A DNA stretch of 63,956 nt, filler included, from Aduncisulcus paluster (lineage: Eukaryota): the NCBI GenBank assembly GCA_024181965.1. It is 7 parts of 7 records of this genome, joined end to end, with 100 filler letters (N's around TTAATTAATTAA, not from the genome) between each part and the next. Parts side by side here need not be neighbours in the genome. Positions count along the whole stretch, not along the records: positions 25,078 to 42,819 come from BQXS01011222.1; positions 42,920 to 49,438 come from BQXS01011223.1; 5 more parts are not named here. One strand, written 5' to 3'. Below, piece after piece: positions 37,480-48,553 of the stretch. Position numbers and translations under genes: made by a program. The notes under the pieces were generated by a model, which saw only the letters and a list, made by a program, of their open reading frames with translations, did not search any database and was not told where the DNA came from. Within the stretch, counting starts at the first letter, position 1, and the number at the start of each line of letters is the position of its first letter.

Positions 37480-37953
37480 ATGTCAGAAGAACTTAACAAA
37501 CCCACTGAAATTCCCGTTGCTCCTACTGAAGAAGTGGCACCCGCCCCAAAACCCGAGATGAAAGAAGAAAAAGAAGTTTCTGAAGAAAAACCCATTGAGA
37601 AAACCCCTGAAAACCCCGAAACTAAATCTGCCGAACCCACCAAAGAGGTTGAAGATGAGAAGGAGTCCATAACCGAAGAAGGTGGTCAGGAAGCCGCTGA
37701 AGAAGAGGAAGAAGAACAAGAAGAACAAGATGAAGAGGAGAAAAAGGAACCCGAGGAAGAGAACCCCGAAGAGAAAGAGTCCCCTCAAGGAAAACGCCGT
37801 TCTTCTCGGTTGGCTAGCCATCGCCCAACTTACGTGAACCTTGAAGATTCTGAGGATGATGAAGAGGAAGTCGACGAAGACGAATCATCTTTCCAAGTCG
37901 ATAATGCTCACTATGCTCTGAGAAAACGTAAACACATCCGTTACAGAAAGTAA
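37480..37953 (+). CDS. Small acidic disordered protein, likely nuclear
   Basis: E/K/P-rich; KRRSSRLAS motif; basic C-terminus LRKRKHIRYRK. Confidence 0.75.
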   Translation: MSEELNKPTEIPVAPTEEVAPAPKPEMKEEKEVSEEKPIEKTPENPETKSAEPTKEVEDEKESITEEGGQEAAEEEEEEQEEQDEEEKKEPEEENPEEKESPQGKRRSSRLASHRPTYVNLEDSEDDEEEVDEDESSFQVDNAHYALRKRKHIRYRK

Positions 37954-38402
37954 TTCCTCTAATTACCCCTCAGGGAAAGAATTCTGAAATTTATTATTCT
38001 TAATATGATGAGAATTCCCGTATTATACCTCTTCATGTCTTCCAGGCTTTGCTCGTTCTTATTTCTGTGTTGACAACCTTCGTAGGTTGTTAATTTTAGG
38101 GATCGAGATGAATAAATTAAATGTATATGTTGTATTATATATTATAATTTCTTGATTTATGGAAAATTGTCAAGATAGAAGTGATTGGAATGAAAGAATT
38201 TATCACCATAAAACGACAATAAAACAATGAGATCACTGATGACAATTTCTGAAATAGTATGGATAATTCAATAATAAATAAATTCTAAAGAGAATTTCGC
38301 ATGAGAAGTTTCTTGTCATTTGCGACCCTCCAAACGTCGCACGAACTTTCCATTTCTTTCCGTGTCCTTCACACCAACATCTAGGAACATTATAAAAATA
38401 AG

Positions 38403-40565
38403 ATGCTGAGGCAAAGTTCATCCTCAAAAGAAACTGGTCAAGATAATTCATTCCATAGTAATATAGATATCTTCCCTCCTACAGATGTGAGGGAATTTAC
38501 ACCATCGCCGGTGTTATATAATCCAAATGCTTATAATTTAGATCAATCGTATCTTCCAATACTTGGATCATCCGATCAATCACCATCTTCCTTTCGATTG
38601 GACTCTATCCCAACTTCATCATATAGATATCCATCATTTAGTGAACCAAAACATCCAGTTGGTGAAGGAAAGCAAGCGTTTGATCTCTTAGGATTTGAAG
38701 AACCATATATGAGAATGCAAAAATCTTCGGATCTTGCAGAAACAAAGACTTTTTCTCCCTATCACCACAGGAGTTATTCATTCCCACCGATATCAGTTTT
38801 TCAAGGACCCAAGCATTCTAAATGTTCCGTATCATCATTAAATCCTGTTGATATAAGTGGAACTATCGATTTTTTAAGAGGCACGTCAGAGTTGCCTTTT
38901 TTCGATCATGAACACAGTTCCCATCTTCAATCTTATCCCCACTTTCAGTTTGGTAGAGAAATGTGCCCATCATATAGTGGTACAGGATCTATTGCCCCAT
39001 ATTCCGCACCATCTTCTATCATTCAACAAAGACATCAACAATTCTCGCAAGCTCCTTCAATATCACTAACAATTCCTGACGGCACTCCTCGAGGCACTGG
39101 TGGAGGATCCTCTGTTCTAGATTCTCCTCAATCAATACCTCTTCCCAATGTCACCTATCCTTCGGATTTTGTCCCAACTCCACAATCTTCAAAATCGACA
39201 ACATCTTCAATTCCACCATTGGTTCATGAAAAAGGCGGAAAACGAAGAAAAATCAAAGATTCTAGTTCTGATTCCATTGATACTGAAGGAAATGGAATGA
39301 AATGGAAAGATCGCTCCGGTAAAAAAGGTTATTCTGCACATGACGACGATTTGTTTATTCCATGCCCATCACATATAGGAAGAACAGAGCGTAAAAATGA
39401 ACGATCTCGCAAAAAGAAAGATTTTCCTTCTCTTCACTCCTCATTGTTTATCACAACCCAACATTTAAGTGATAGAGAAAGAGAACGACATCATTTAAAT
39501 GGGAAAATAACAAAAAGTGAACTTGAATTACTTGGTATCAGTTACTCTTATTTTTTCTCGATAACGAAGAGTCGAGACCTTTCTCAACTTCCAATCGAAG
39601 GTCTTAAACATCCCAAGAAGAGTTGTTGTGCTTATACTCGAAATGGAGGTCCGGGAATTCGGAAAGGACTCTTATGTGCAAATCGAGAGTGCATTAGTGT
39701 TCTTAACACATCAAACAAACGTTCTCCTTATTGTTGTAAGAAATGTCAAACTCGAGAACAGAATCTTCGCCAAAAAAGAGTAATGCATGCCTCTGGACCA
39801 TTAGTTCGCAAGAAAACATTTGTATTGCATGATTTGTTTGAGCAATTCCCCGAAATGCGTGATATTATACAGCGTATCTCAGAGGANNNNNNNNNNNNNN
39901 NNNNNNGTAAGAAATGTCAAACTCGAGAACAGAATCTTCGCCAAAAAAGAGTAATGCATGCCTCTGGACCATTAGTTCGCAAGAAAACATTTGTATTGCA
40001 TGATTTGTTTGAGCAATTCCCCGAAATGCGTGATATTATACAGCGTATCTCAGAGGAGGAACAGGAAGGAAGTAGCTCTGGAAGCAGCACAAGTGGAATT
40101 AAAGCCATTATCTCTGATGAAAAACCCCGTGAGGAGAGTCCACAGGTCGGATCCTTTCATCAAATTGACGATCGCAGATCCATTGTTCGTGAGGTTAGAT
40201 GTCCTCAAAGTGGAGATCCATGTATGATTCCGCCTTACTTTTCTCATGATTTTCCTCCATCTCATCCCTTGGGAATTCCACAATTTCCTTCAATGGATGA
40301 TATGGAACCCTTTTCATCATTTTCCATTCCTCAAAAACCAGATTCCACTCAGTATGTTTCCGAAGCATCACCATATATGTTTCCTCAACCACCCAAATTA
40401 TGTCATACCCCCTTTTCTGCACCAGATAGTCTTGAACAAATCAGTGGAGAGTGGCCATCAGATGCTTCTATGGCGCTTTCTCTCCCACAAAATCAATCAG
40501 GTTTGTTCGATATTCCTTCTTCTCATTCGCCTTATCATTCCTCCACCTCATTTCCCTTTTGTTAG
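38403..40565 (+). CDS. S/P-rich protein with a central Cys cluster (putative zinc-binding regulator); 39907-40056 duplicated across the gap
   Basis: CCAY...LCANREC...PYCCKKCQTREQNLRQ. Confidence 0.7.
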   Translation: MLRQSSSSKETGQDNSFHSNIDIFPPTDVREFTPSPVLYNPNAYNLDQSYLPILGSSDQSPSSFRLDSIPTSSYRYPSFSEPKHPVGEGKQAFDLLGFEEPYMRMQKSSDLAETKTFSPYHHRSYSFPPISVFQGPKHSKCSVSSLNPVDISGTIDFLRGTSELPFFDHEHSSHLQSYPHFQFGREMCPSYSGTGSIAPYSAPSSIIQQRHQQFSQAPSISLTIPDGTPRGTGGGSSVLDSPQSIPLPNVTYPSDFVPTPQSSKSTTSSIPPLVHEKGGKRRKIKDSSSDSIDTEGNGMKWKDRSGKKGYSAHDDDLFIPCPSHIGRTERKNERSRKKKDFPSLHSSLFITTQHLSDRERERHHLNGKITKSELELLGISYSYFFSITKSRDLSQLPIEGLKHPKKSCCAYTRNGGPGIRKGLLCANRECISVLNTSNKRSPYCCKKCQTREQNLRQKRVMHASGPLVRKKTFVLHDLFEQFPEMRDIIQRISEXXXXXXXXKKCQTREQNLRQKRVMHASGPLVRKKTFVLHDLFEQFPEMRDIIQRISEEEQEGSSSGSSTSGIKAIISDEKPREESPQVGSFHQIDDRRSIVREVRCPQSGDPCMIPPYFSHDFPPSHPLGIPQFPSMDDMEPFSSFSIPQKPDSTQYVSEASPYMFPQPPKLCHTPFSAPDSLEQISGEWPSDASMALSLPQNQSGLFDIPSSHSPYHSSTSFPFC

Positions 40566-41904
40566 ATCAAAATATGTTCTTTTTGGAAATTTGATGGAGA
40601 ATTTAATAATATTCATATTTATCTTATATAATGATTATGTCTCTTATCATAATCAAATAGTATCAATATTACCCCATATATTTACCTTTTTTTCATTGGA
40701 TTTTTTTGAAATATTTTTATAAATAAGTTAATTTAATCCCTCTCATATTTTGTTTTTTATCTTGTTGTTTTTGTCCTCAATTTGAGTTGACCAATTGGTT
40801 TTGAATAATATTTTTATTTTTGTCATGGATTGTCCCCGTGACAGAAAAAAATATGAATGGAATTTCTACATTTTGATACTATTATCATGAAGTATCGTGC
40901 ATAACTGAAGTATAATGAATAAGAAACTAATTCCTATTCTTTGTATTCCTGAGTTGTATTTTTCATTATCTTTTTGTTTCTTAATGTTTATGGTTCTCCA
41001 TTTGAACTCCCGAGTTCAATTCTAGAACTTTCATGTTATTTGTGTATTTTTCGCATGATACAGTACAGTATCTCGCTCATTGGATATTGACCGCCGTGAA
41101 ATAGAAATTTTTGATTTTAAAAATCAATTCCTTTCTCAGTATCAAGGTCTGGGCTGTATCTTTTGTAAACGTAATTTTTCTCACGTATTCAATTTTTTAT
41201 ATGAATGTTTTTATTTTTATTTTTTCCCGTTTATTCAAATTTTGATTGTTTTCATTCGGTTTATACATATAATTGTTTCGAATATTTCGTAAAGATCGTT
41301 GGATTGTATCGCATTCTTTTCGATAACATAGCATATTTATCTTATTTTATTCTATTTTTATCTTCTCTCATCATGCTTACAGTAGATTGATGGGTCCATA
41401 CATATATAGTACTTGTGATGTTTTTCTCAATCTCAGGGGATTCTCCTGAGAATATACTCATATTTTGAACATATATATATCGATTTGTTTTCATTCTATT
41501 CAAGTTGTTATGATTTTATAGTTACAGAATGACAATAAGACATTTCAATGTATTATTTTTATTCTTTTTCGAACAATAACGATACTCAAATTTGAGTGCT
41601 AATTATTTCCTGTTTTTCTCCTTGATATGATTATCGGTTTAAAACTTATAAAGAAAGAAGAGGAAGATAGATCAACAGCATTCCAAATCATCCAGAATCG
41701 ATATATAATTTTCCATACATCATCTTATAATGGTTTTTTCACCGGGAATGAAGAGATAGCTCTGAGCAAAGGATGAATGTGATAAAAACCATGAATAAAG
41801 GTAATCTCCAAAGAAAATAGACATAATCGAAAAACAGTATCGACAGCCAAATCAATAAATAATAAAAAAAGCATCGATATCAAATTGATCTGATCAATAT
41901 TGAA

Positions 41905-42819
41905 TCATTTCTTTTTTGAAAAAAGAATTCGTTTCATGAGTTTTCTCCCACTTTCCAGAGTTGTTTCTCTCGCTAATAACTGCACTGCATGAACAACAAC
42001 GCTAATGTCAACAGAGCATTCGGCAGCAAGGCATATTATGGTGATCAAGAGGATCAACAATTTTCTACTCCCAATATCTCCATCTCGAACACGCATGCCC
42101 TCAGGAATGTCCGCCAAAGACACCCCGCCGTGGGCACAAACAATGGCAATTCCCTTCCCAGCACTGATTCGACGGGCACACGATAAAATGGTGGGTAAAA
42201 CATCGCAACAGCAGTGGTATGTGAATTCGACAAGTTTTTTATGATCGAATCGTTTAACGATGGAAGTGTCAAATCCACCTTCTTTGGCATACAATACGAG
42301 TGACATTGACAGTCTTTTCATGAACACAACATCAGATCCCAATAGTTCGATCTTTCCTCGCTGTACGATAACCTTTATAGCACCCCCAGTAATGATGCTC
42401 TGAATATACATACTCTCCTCCTCATTGCCGCGAGTTTCCATATTTATCCCACAGCAGTCACTCACCCAGACACATCCTGAGTGGACACTGAAGGATCCGT
42501 GGATAGCGATGGAATGTGGGAGGGATTTGGAATCTAATGGAGCAGGGACAGAACTCTGAGACGGAGAGGAGTGAGGAACCATGGCCTCGAACACAGGGAC
42601 AACATTCACATTGACGAATATGGCACTTTCAGAGCCAGAGGCGGAGAGAGCCAGAGTGGAAGAAGATGGGGAGAGGTTGTCAGCACTCGAGAAAAAGTCA
42701 GAAGACGAGAGAGATATGTTCTCGAGAAGGGGGATAATCGTTTCTCCCTCAGCTATCTTAACGTTAACGACCTCGCCAGGACATGCAGGAGGATGACCTG
42801 TGCCATGTGACACAGAGAG
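41905..42819 (-). CDS. Hypothetical protein (5'-partial)
   Basis: ORF of ~305 codons open to the contig edge. Confidence 0.6.
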   Translation of the reverse strand, partial: LSVSHGTGHPPACPGEVVNVKIAEGETIIPLLENISLSSSDFFSSADNLSPSSSTLALSASGSESAIFVNVNVVPVFEAMVPHSSPSQSSVPAPLDSKSLPHSIAIHGSFSVHSGCVWVSDCCGINMETRGNEEESMYIQSIITGGAIKVIVQRGKIELLGSDVVFMKRLSMSLVLYAKEGGFDTSIVKRFDHKKLVEFTYHCCCDVLPTILSCARRISAGKGIAIVCAHGGVSLADIPEGMRVRDGDIGSRKLLILLITIICLAAECSVDISVVVHAVQLLARETTLESGRKLMKRILFSKKK

Positions 42820-43157
42820 NNNNNNNNNNNNNNNNNNNNNNNNNNNNNNNNNNNNNNNNNNNNTTAATTAATTAANNNNNNNNNNNNNNNNNNNNNNNNN
42901 NNNNNNNNNNNNNNNNNNNCATCTACCCTTCTATGTGGGCTTGGAAGAGGCCTGTGTATAAGAGAAGCGACTTGTGTATCGTCTTACAGCTGGAATTTAA
43001 TCCAAAAGAAAGAACCAAAGAGCAAGGGTAGTCACCTAAGCTTTTAGTTCTTTCAGCCAAAAAACACCCAAAAATCTCGCAAATTAAACCCAATTTTACT
43101 GAAACAATTTATCGTAAAATCCTAGTGTTTAAAAATTTAGCGAGAACCTGTTACGTC

Positions 43158-43728
43158 CTATAAATAAACACAGCCTTATTGATATTCTAAAACAATGCAA
43201 TGATGAAAAATCGACATCTAAACTATATTATGATTATAAAGAATCTATTCTTTCCGTTTTGAAAAATAAATTATTTTTTTGATAAGATTGATCCTAATAC
43301 ATTTTCGATTTATTTTCTCGAAATCCTTTTATTTTGCTTGTTTTGGCCATAATGAATGACTTATGACAAAGAAAAAAAGAAAAAGGCTCTAGAAATGCGT
43401 CGCTCTGGAGATTCTTATTGAAAGATTGCGTCTAAGCTGAAGATTTCGTGGAATGCTGTTTATTCATAGTGTAATCCAGAGAGAAGGCACTCTAAAAAGG
43501 GCAAAATAACAAAAGATGTGTTTTTTAAAGCAGTTCAAACATATCCAACAGCTTCTCAAACTATCATAGCAAAAGAACTAGGGGTTACACAAGGTGCTGT
43601 CAGTAAGATGAGACGCCGATTCGAATATGTGCAGAGAACGTTAACAATCAAAACTGTGTCTAGTTGCATAGATTAAAAGTAAATTATTTAACAATTCCAA
43701 TCAGTGATCAAAACTATGTCTAGCCGCA
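43158..43728 (+). mobile_element. Decayed IS630/Tc1/mariner-superfamily element (transposase N-terminal double HTH, 43356-43676, two in-frame stops)
   Basis: MTYDKEKKKKALEMRRSGDSY*KIASKLKISWNAVYS*CNPERRHSKKGKITKDVFFKAVQTYPTASQTIIAKELGVTQGAVSKMRRRF; imperfect inverted repeat 43158-43181 / 43645-43671; direct copy 43707-43728. Confidence 0.7.
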
Positions 43729-43887
43729 ATAATAAAATGTTATTTAGCCAGAAAAATTAGTTTGAGAAAAGTTCATAAAGCAAGCTTCCCCAGTGGTGGC
43801 CAGGCAGGAAAATCAGGGTGATTACCAAAAAATCACCGATTTGCCTTAATTAGATCTTTCCCCCAATGGCACAAAAAAATATATTCG

Positions 43888-45771
43888 ATGATAAAGCAAA
43901 ATATTTCTGTGGCTTCCTTACTTATAATTCTGCTCCTTTTCTTATTGAAATTTGAATTGACCGATGGTTGCAATCTTCAAGTTCAGATATTCCAGATATC
44001 TGATGTTCACGGTTGGGTAGATGGTCATACTCATAATACAGACCCAACTTTGCCACCTTTTAATGGCGATGCGGGTGATCTTGTCTCTTTTATGGAACAT
44101 GCCCAATCTCAAGCCGATGCTCAAAAAATACCCCTCTTGTTTTTTGATTCTGGTGATGATGTTCAAGGCACTGGGTTATCCGATGCCGATTCGCCAGTTG
44201 GTTCATCGATTTGGGAGTTTTTCTCTGAATTTGGATTAGATGGTGTTACAATGGGTAATCATGATGATGGTGAGGTTGATAGTATGCCTTGGCTTTACTC
44301 TCATATTGATGATCTGTTTCCAGGTTCTTATATTACTAGTAATCAGAGATATAAGAATTCCTCTGATATTTTTGGAAATTCCAAATATAAGACCATTGAG
44401 ATTGAAGTGACGCATACAGAAACTCATGAAACTATCTCAATTCAAGTTGGTGTGGCTGGAGTTTTGTATGCTGATGCTGGTGTGGGAGATGTTATTGTTA
44501 TTCCCTCGGCTGAACTTATTTTGGAGGATGACTTTAGTGATTTTGTGACAAATCACGATATATTAATTATTCTTGCTCATATTTCATCCGATGATCCTGA
44601 AATAGAGACACTTAGACAAGGAATTCGTGAGATTGCTGCTAAGAAGCCAATATTGTTTTTGACTGGGCATAGTCATCAGTGGAGGAGTGGTGTTTGTCCA
44701 TACGGTGAAGGCACAGATCTTCAGTCATTTTATAGTGAACCAGGATGTTATCTCGAAGGTCTTGGAAAGATTGATTTGTGCTTGTCAGAAACTCCTGAAG
44801 GCATTATCTTTGAATCGACTCCCACTGTTGAGCAAATTGTAATGAATCGTGATATTCTTGTTACTGAAGCTGGATATGAATCATATTCTACATTCCTTAC
44901 CCCCAAAGGTGAAGAGATTCAAACTCAGATGGATCTCAAGAGCCAAGAACTTGGTCTTAATAACAGACTAGGATGCTCTAAACATTTATACGATAGCTCT
45001 CTTCTTCCTACTGAAAAGGAGTCCTTCTTGCGACTTTATAACCATTCGATTCTTCCTGCTTATTTGTATCCTTCCATTGTTCCTTACCTTCCATCCCCCG
45101 TGGAACCTATCCTCTCTATCATGAACAGTGGGAGCATCAGAGGTGACATGTATGAGGGTCCTGTCCTCGTAAATGATCTCTACACGATCATTCCATTTGA
45201 CAACTACTTTTGCTACACATGTAATGTATGTGGAACCCTATTAACCACCGTGCTAAACACCATGAACACTCCCGATAGACCTAATCATTACATGTTAGCC
45301 ATATCAGTCGATGACCTTGATCCCGATGCTGATTATTGTATCGTTGCAAGCAGTTATGATGCTGGCCTCATTCAAACGAATCTCCAGCAATTAGATCCCG
45401 ACTCTAATGTCTGTGCCAACTCTCCAGAAGAATGGTTGATGCCTGCTGTTCCCAACAGTAGTGAAAGCATGAAGTCAATCTTGGTCAAATATATGCAAGA
45501 ACAAATGACATGTGATAATCTCATTGTGAGAGTTCCCGGTTCACCTTCTCATCTTGTTGCTGCCGATGAAGCCGATGTTTGGTGGGAGAAACACAAAAAT
45601 GAAGGAATAATCAGTGGTCTCTTTATTTCTATATTATTGTTCATTCTTTTGTGTATATTTGGCTTCTGGATCATCTCCTCTTGGCTTAAGGATATAGTCC
45701 AATCTAAACAAGCAGAGGGAATGATCACAAGTCGATCAGTTAGTTTTGCTGATTTCCAAGGCCTTGCCTAA
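43888..45771 (+). CDS. Membrane-anchored 5'-nucleotidase/apyrase-family metallophosphoesterase
   Basis: Signal peptide; SDVHG, DSGD..QGTGLSD, GNHD, GHSH; NSGSIRGD..PFDN C-domain; C-terminal TM helix. Confidence 0.9.
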   Translation: MIKQNISVASLLIILLLFLLKFELTDGCNLQVQIFQISDVHGWVDGHTHNTDPTLPPFNGDAGDLVSFMEHAQSQADAQKIPLLFFDSGDDVQGTGLSDADSPVGSSIWEFFSEFGLDGVTMGNHDDGEVDSMPWLYSHIDDLFPGSYITSNQRYKNSSDIFGNSKYKTIEIEVTHTETHETISIQVGVAGVLYADAGVGDVIVIPSAELILEDDFSDFVTNHDILIILAHISSDDPEIETLRQGIREIAAKKPILFLTGHSHQWRSGVCPYGEGTDLQSFYSEPGCYLEGLGKIDLCLSETPEGIIFESTPTVEQIVMNRDILVTEAGYESYSTFLTPKGEEIQTQMDLKSQELGLNNRLGCSKHLYDSSLLPTEKESFLRLYNHSILPAYLYPSIVPYLPSPVEPILSIMNSGSIRGDMYEGPVLVNDLYTIIPFDNYFCYTCNVCGTLLTTVLNTMNTPDRPNHYMLAISVDDLDPDADYCIVASSYDAGLIQTNLQQLDPDSNVCANSPEEWLMPAVPNSSESMKSILVKYMQEQMTCDNLIVRVPGSPSHLVAADEADVWWEKHKNEGIISGLFISILLFILLCIFGFWIISSWLKDIVQSKQAEGMITSRSVSFADFQGLA

Positions 45772-46141
45772 ATAGTTCCATTTGTTCATTTTACAATATA
45801 TCGATATACTTTCCTGTCCAGTTTTATATACAAGGTATCATTAGAATGGATTGCTCTTATTGATATTCTTTAACATCCTTACCTTTTTTTATATATTTTG
45901 ATCCTATTGCAGGCCATACATACTGAGATTATTGCTAATGTTAGGATACCGCTTACTGAAAATCTTGCTCAATCATTCATCGTTATATCATCAGAATATT
46001 GAGATTTTGACAATGTTGATTTTTTATTTTTGAAAATAAATAGGTCAGTCGACGAAAACCTCAATATTAATAAATGAAAAGGATAGATTTTAAAATTTGC
46101 GACTAGAATTATACATCAAACCATTTTTTTCCTAAAATTAG

Positions 46142-46214
46142 GCTTCGCTGGTCTAGTCGGTATGACGTCACGCTCACATCGTGAAGGTCCCGAGTTCGAT
46201 CCTCGGGTGAAGCA
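46142..46214 (+). tRNA. trnV: tRNA-Val(CAC)
   Basis: Acceptor GCTTCGC/GTGAAGC, anticodon arm TCACG-CTCACAT-CGTGA, T-loop TTCGATC, downstream T-run. Confidence 0.96.
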
Positions 46215-46434
46215 TATTTTTAGATTCACTTCAAGAATTACCCTGCGTTTAATATTTGTAAATGATAATTATTGTTATTATTGTTGTTTTTATTATCTTT
46301 CAAAATATTTTGCCAATTTTATGATTACAGATCGCTCCACAGAATTTTTTAGGGCAATTCGTCCAAAATCAGGATTTGAGACCACTTCATTTATTTCTTC
46401 TGAGATTTTTAATTTTTACGAAGTTATCTAATTT

Positions 46435-46548
46435 GTATGCGTGATTATTTTTGTTTTTTTTTACCCTTTTCTCTTGTATACGTTGAGTTTTTCTAATTAT
46501 TAACGAAATGCTTTTATTATTTTCATTATTCATCTTTCATTCAATTAG
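46435..46548 (+). other. Putative 5'UTR intron of the PiT gene (114 nt)
   Basis: GTATGC donor; CTAAT/ATTAAC; CATTCAATTAG acceptor 11 nt before ATG 46560. Confidence 0.62.
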
Positions 46549-46559
46549 ATTCACATTAA

Positions 46560-48225
46560 ATGGATTACGAAGATAGAGTTGAACTTGGTGTATTTATCAC
46601 CATTATGATTGTTGGAATGGCCTTTTCCTATGCCATTGGTTGTAATGATCTGGCAAATTGTGTTGGTGCTGCTGTCGGAAGCAGATCCCTTTCAATGATT
46701 CAAGCCGTAATTTGGGGATCTCTTTTTGAGTTGTTAGGAACGATCACTCTTGGTCGAGGAGTCGCAGCTACAATCGGAAAAGGTATCATTGATTCAGATC
46801 TTTTTATCGGTCATGAACAAGAGTATATGAATGGTATGTTAGCTGCCCTTGTTGGTTCTACAGTGTTGATGCTCGGTGCCACCTTTATGAAATTACCTGT
46901 CAGTTCCACACATGCTGCAGTTGGTGGAATTCTAGCCTTTGGACTTGTATTTGATAAGAATGGAATAGATTGGAGTGTTATTGGAAAGATTGCCATCTCA
47001 TGGCTCGCCAGTCCTATTCTGGGTGGAGTTATGGGAGCAATATTCACATTTATCTGCAAAAATACTGTCATGACGACAAAACGTCCAGCTTTAGCCTCAT
47101 TAAATCTCTTCCCCTGGCTGTGTGGCTTCACATTAGCTACAATAACCTTCAGCATTATGTTATCCGAAGTTGATTCTCTCGCTTGGTATTATAGCTTAGC
47201 CATTTCCATTGGTCTATGGATTTTAATTGCCACCATTTGTAACTATACACTTCGTATCCATTTCTTTAAACACTACTATACCCGTTCAAGTGAATATGAC
47301 GATATTATCACAAGTCCTGGGGATATTCTTGTCCTTCCGAAATGTTTCCTAAAGCACATGCAATTTCCTGATGGAAGTACGATGGTTATCAATAGACGCC
47401 GTGTCGATGTTCAGACAATGACCGACGCTTCCGAGGTTAGTGATTTCCTTGAGGCCTCTGAGTTTGAAGGAGAAAAGTCTAATAGTGAACCCGAAAATGA
47501 GAAAAAAGAGGATGAGAAAGAAGACGTGAAAGAAGACGAGAAAGAAGACGATATTGAAAGTGAAATCATGGATCAAGAGGAATCACATGAAGACGATGTG
47601 GATGCCGATGGTAATATTATTGCCCCTCCTGTGGGGAAAAACGATAAGAAGGAGAAAGGATGTTCATGTCTTCATGATGATGAACCTGCGGGACCTACCG
47701 TCCTGATGAATGAATTTGCTGAGCGTGGTGCCGAATGTTATTTTGTCCCTAACCAACTCCTCGTGTCCTTGCTCGTTGCCTTCAGCCATGGTACTAACAG
47801 TACAGGCAACGCCACTGGTCCGATGATGGGTGCACTGTATGCCTACCAAGAGAAACTGGGCGAAGATGTCGAAACCCCTATATATATCCCTCGCTGCATG
47901 TGCCTTCCTTATCCTTGGACTTGCAACACTCGGAAACTTAGTTATCGAGACCATTGGAAAAGGAATTTCAAAGATTGACCCCATTGACGGTTTTGTTGTT
48001 CAAATGTCAACGATTATTACAACCCTTGTGTGCTCAAACCTTAATATCCCTGCTTCTTCCACTCACATTTTAATTGGTGCTGTAACGGGTGTCGGAATGG
48101 CAAGAAGTGGAGCTTCTAGCGTTAATTGGAAAATGCTCGGTAAGATCGGCATATCTTGGTTGCTTACCTTGCCAATTTCTGGATTTATTAGTATAGCTAT
48201 ATATTCGATGTTAAATTTGTTGTAA
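46560..48225 (+). CDS. PiT/PHO4-family inorganic phosphate transporter, with a +1 frameshift near 47880
   Basis: GCNDLAN and PVSSTHAAVG (repeat 1); FSHGTNSTGN and PASSTHILIGAV (repeat 2, the latter in the +1 ORF 47830-48225). Confidence 0.9.
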
Positions 48226-48464
48226 AGATAGATTTCTCAATTCGTTGATTCATATTTTGTATGGTACATTTTTGATAATAACTAAAAATCAATATCTACA
48301 CAATATCTCATCATCCATATTTATGATGATTATATCGATATACGCCTCAAAACGTAAGACCAGCCACAAAAGAGTAAATATATCACAAATTCGAGATAAG
48401 AATTCTTTTATTTGAATGAATTTTGCGATAAATCATCAAAAAGGCACGCTTAGGAAAATCCAAG

Positions 48465-48518
48465 ACATCTCAGAAATAACACCTGCCAGTAGCATTGAAG
48501 TTAGTTCTTCACAGATAT
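48465..48518 (-). promoter_or_regulatory. Type II SECIS element in the 3'UTR
   Basis: AUAUC-U-GUGA-AGAACUAACUUC-AA-UGCU-ACU-GGCA-GGUGUUAUUUCU-GA-GAUGU: RUGA/GA core, 12-position helix II (10 pairs), unpaired AA, apical mini-stem; AATAAA at 48412-48407. Confidence 0.8.
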
Positions 48519-48553
48519 AAAATATAACTAAGCCATGTGAATTAACGGTTCAT

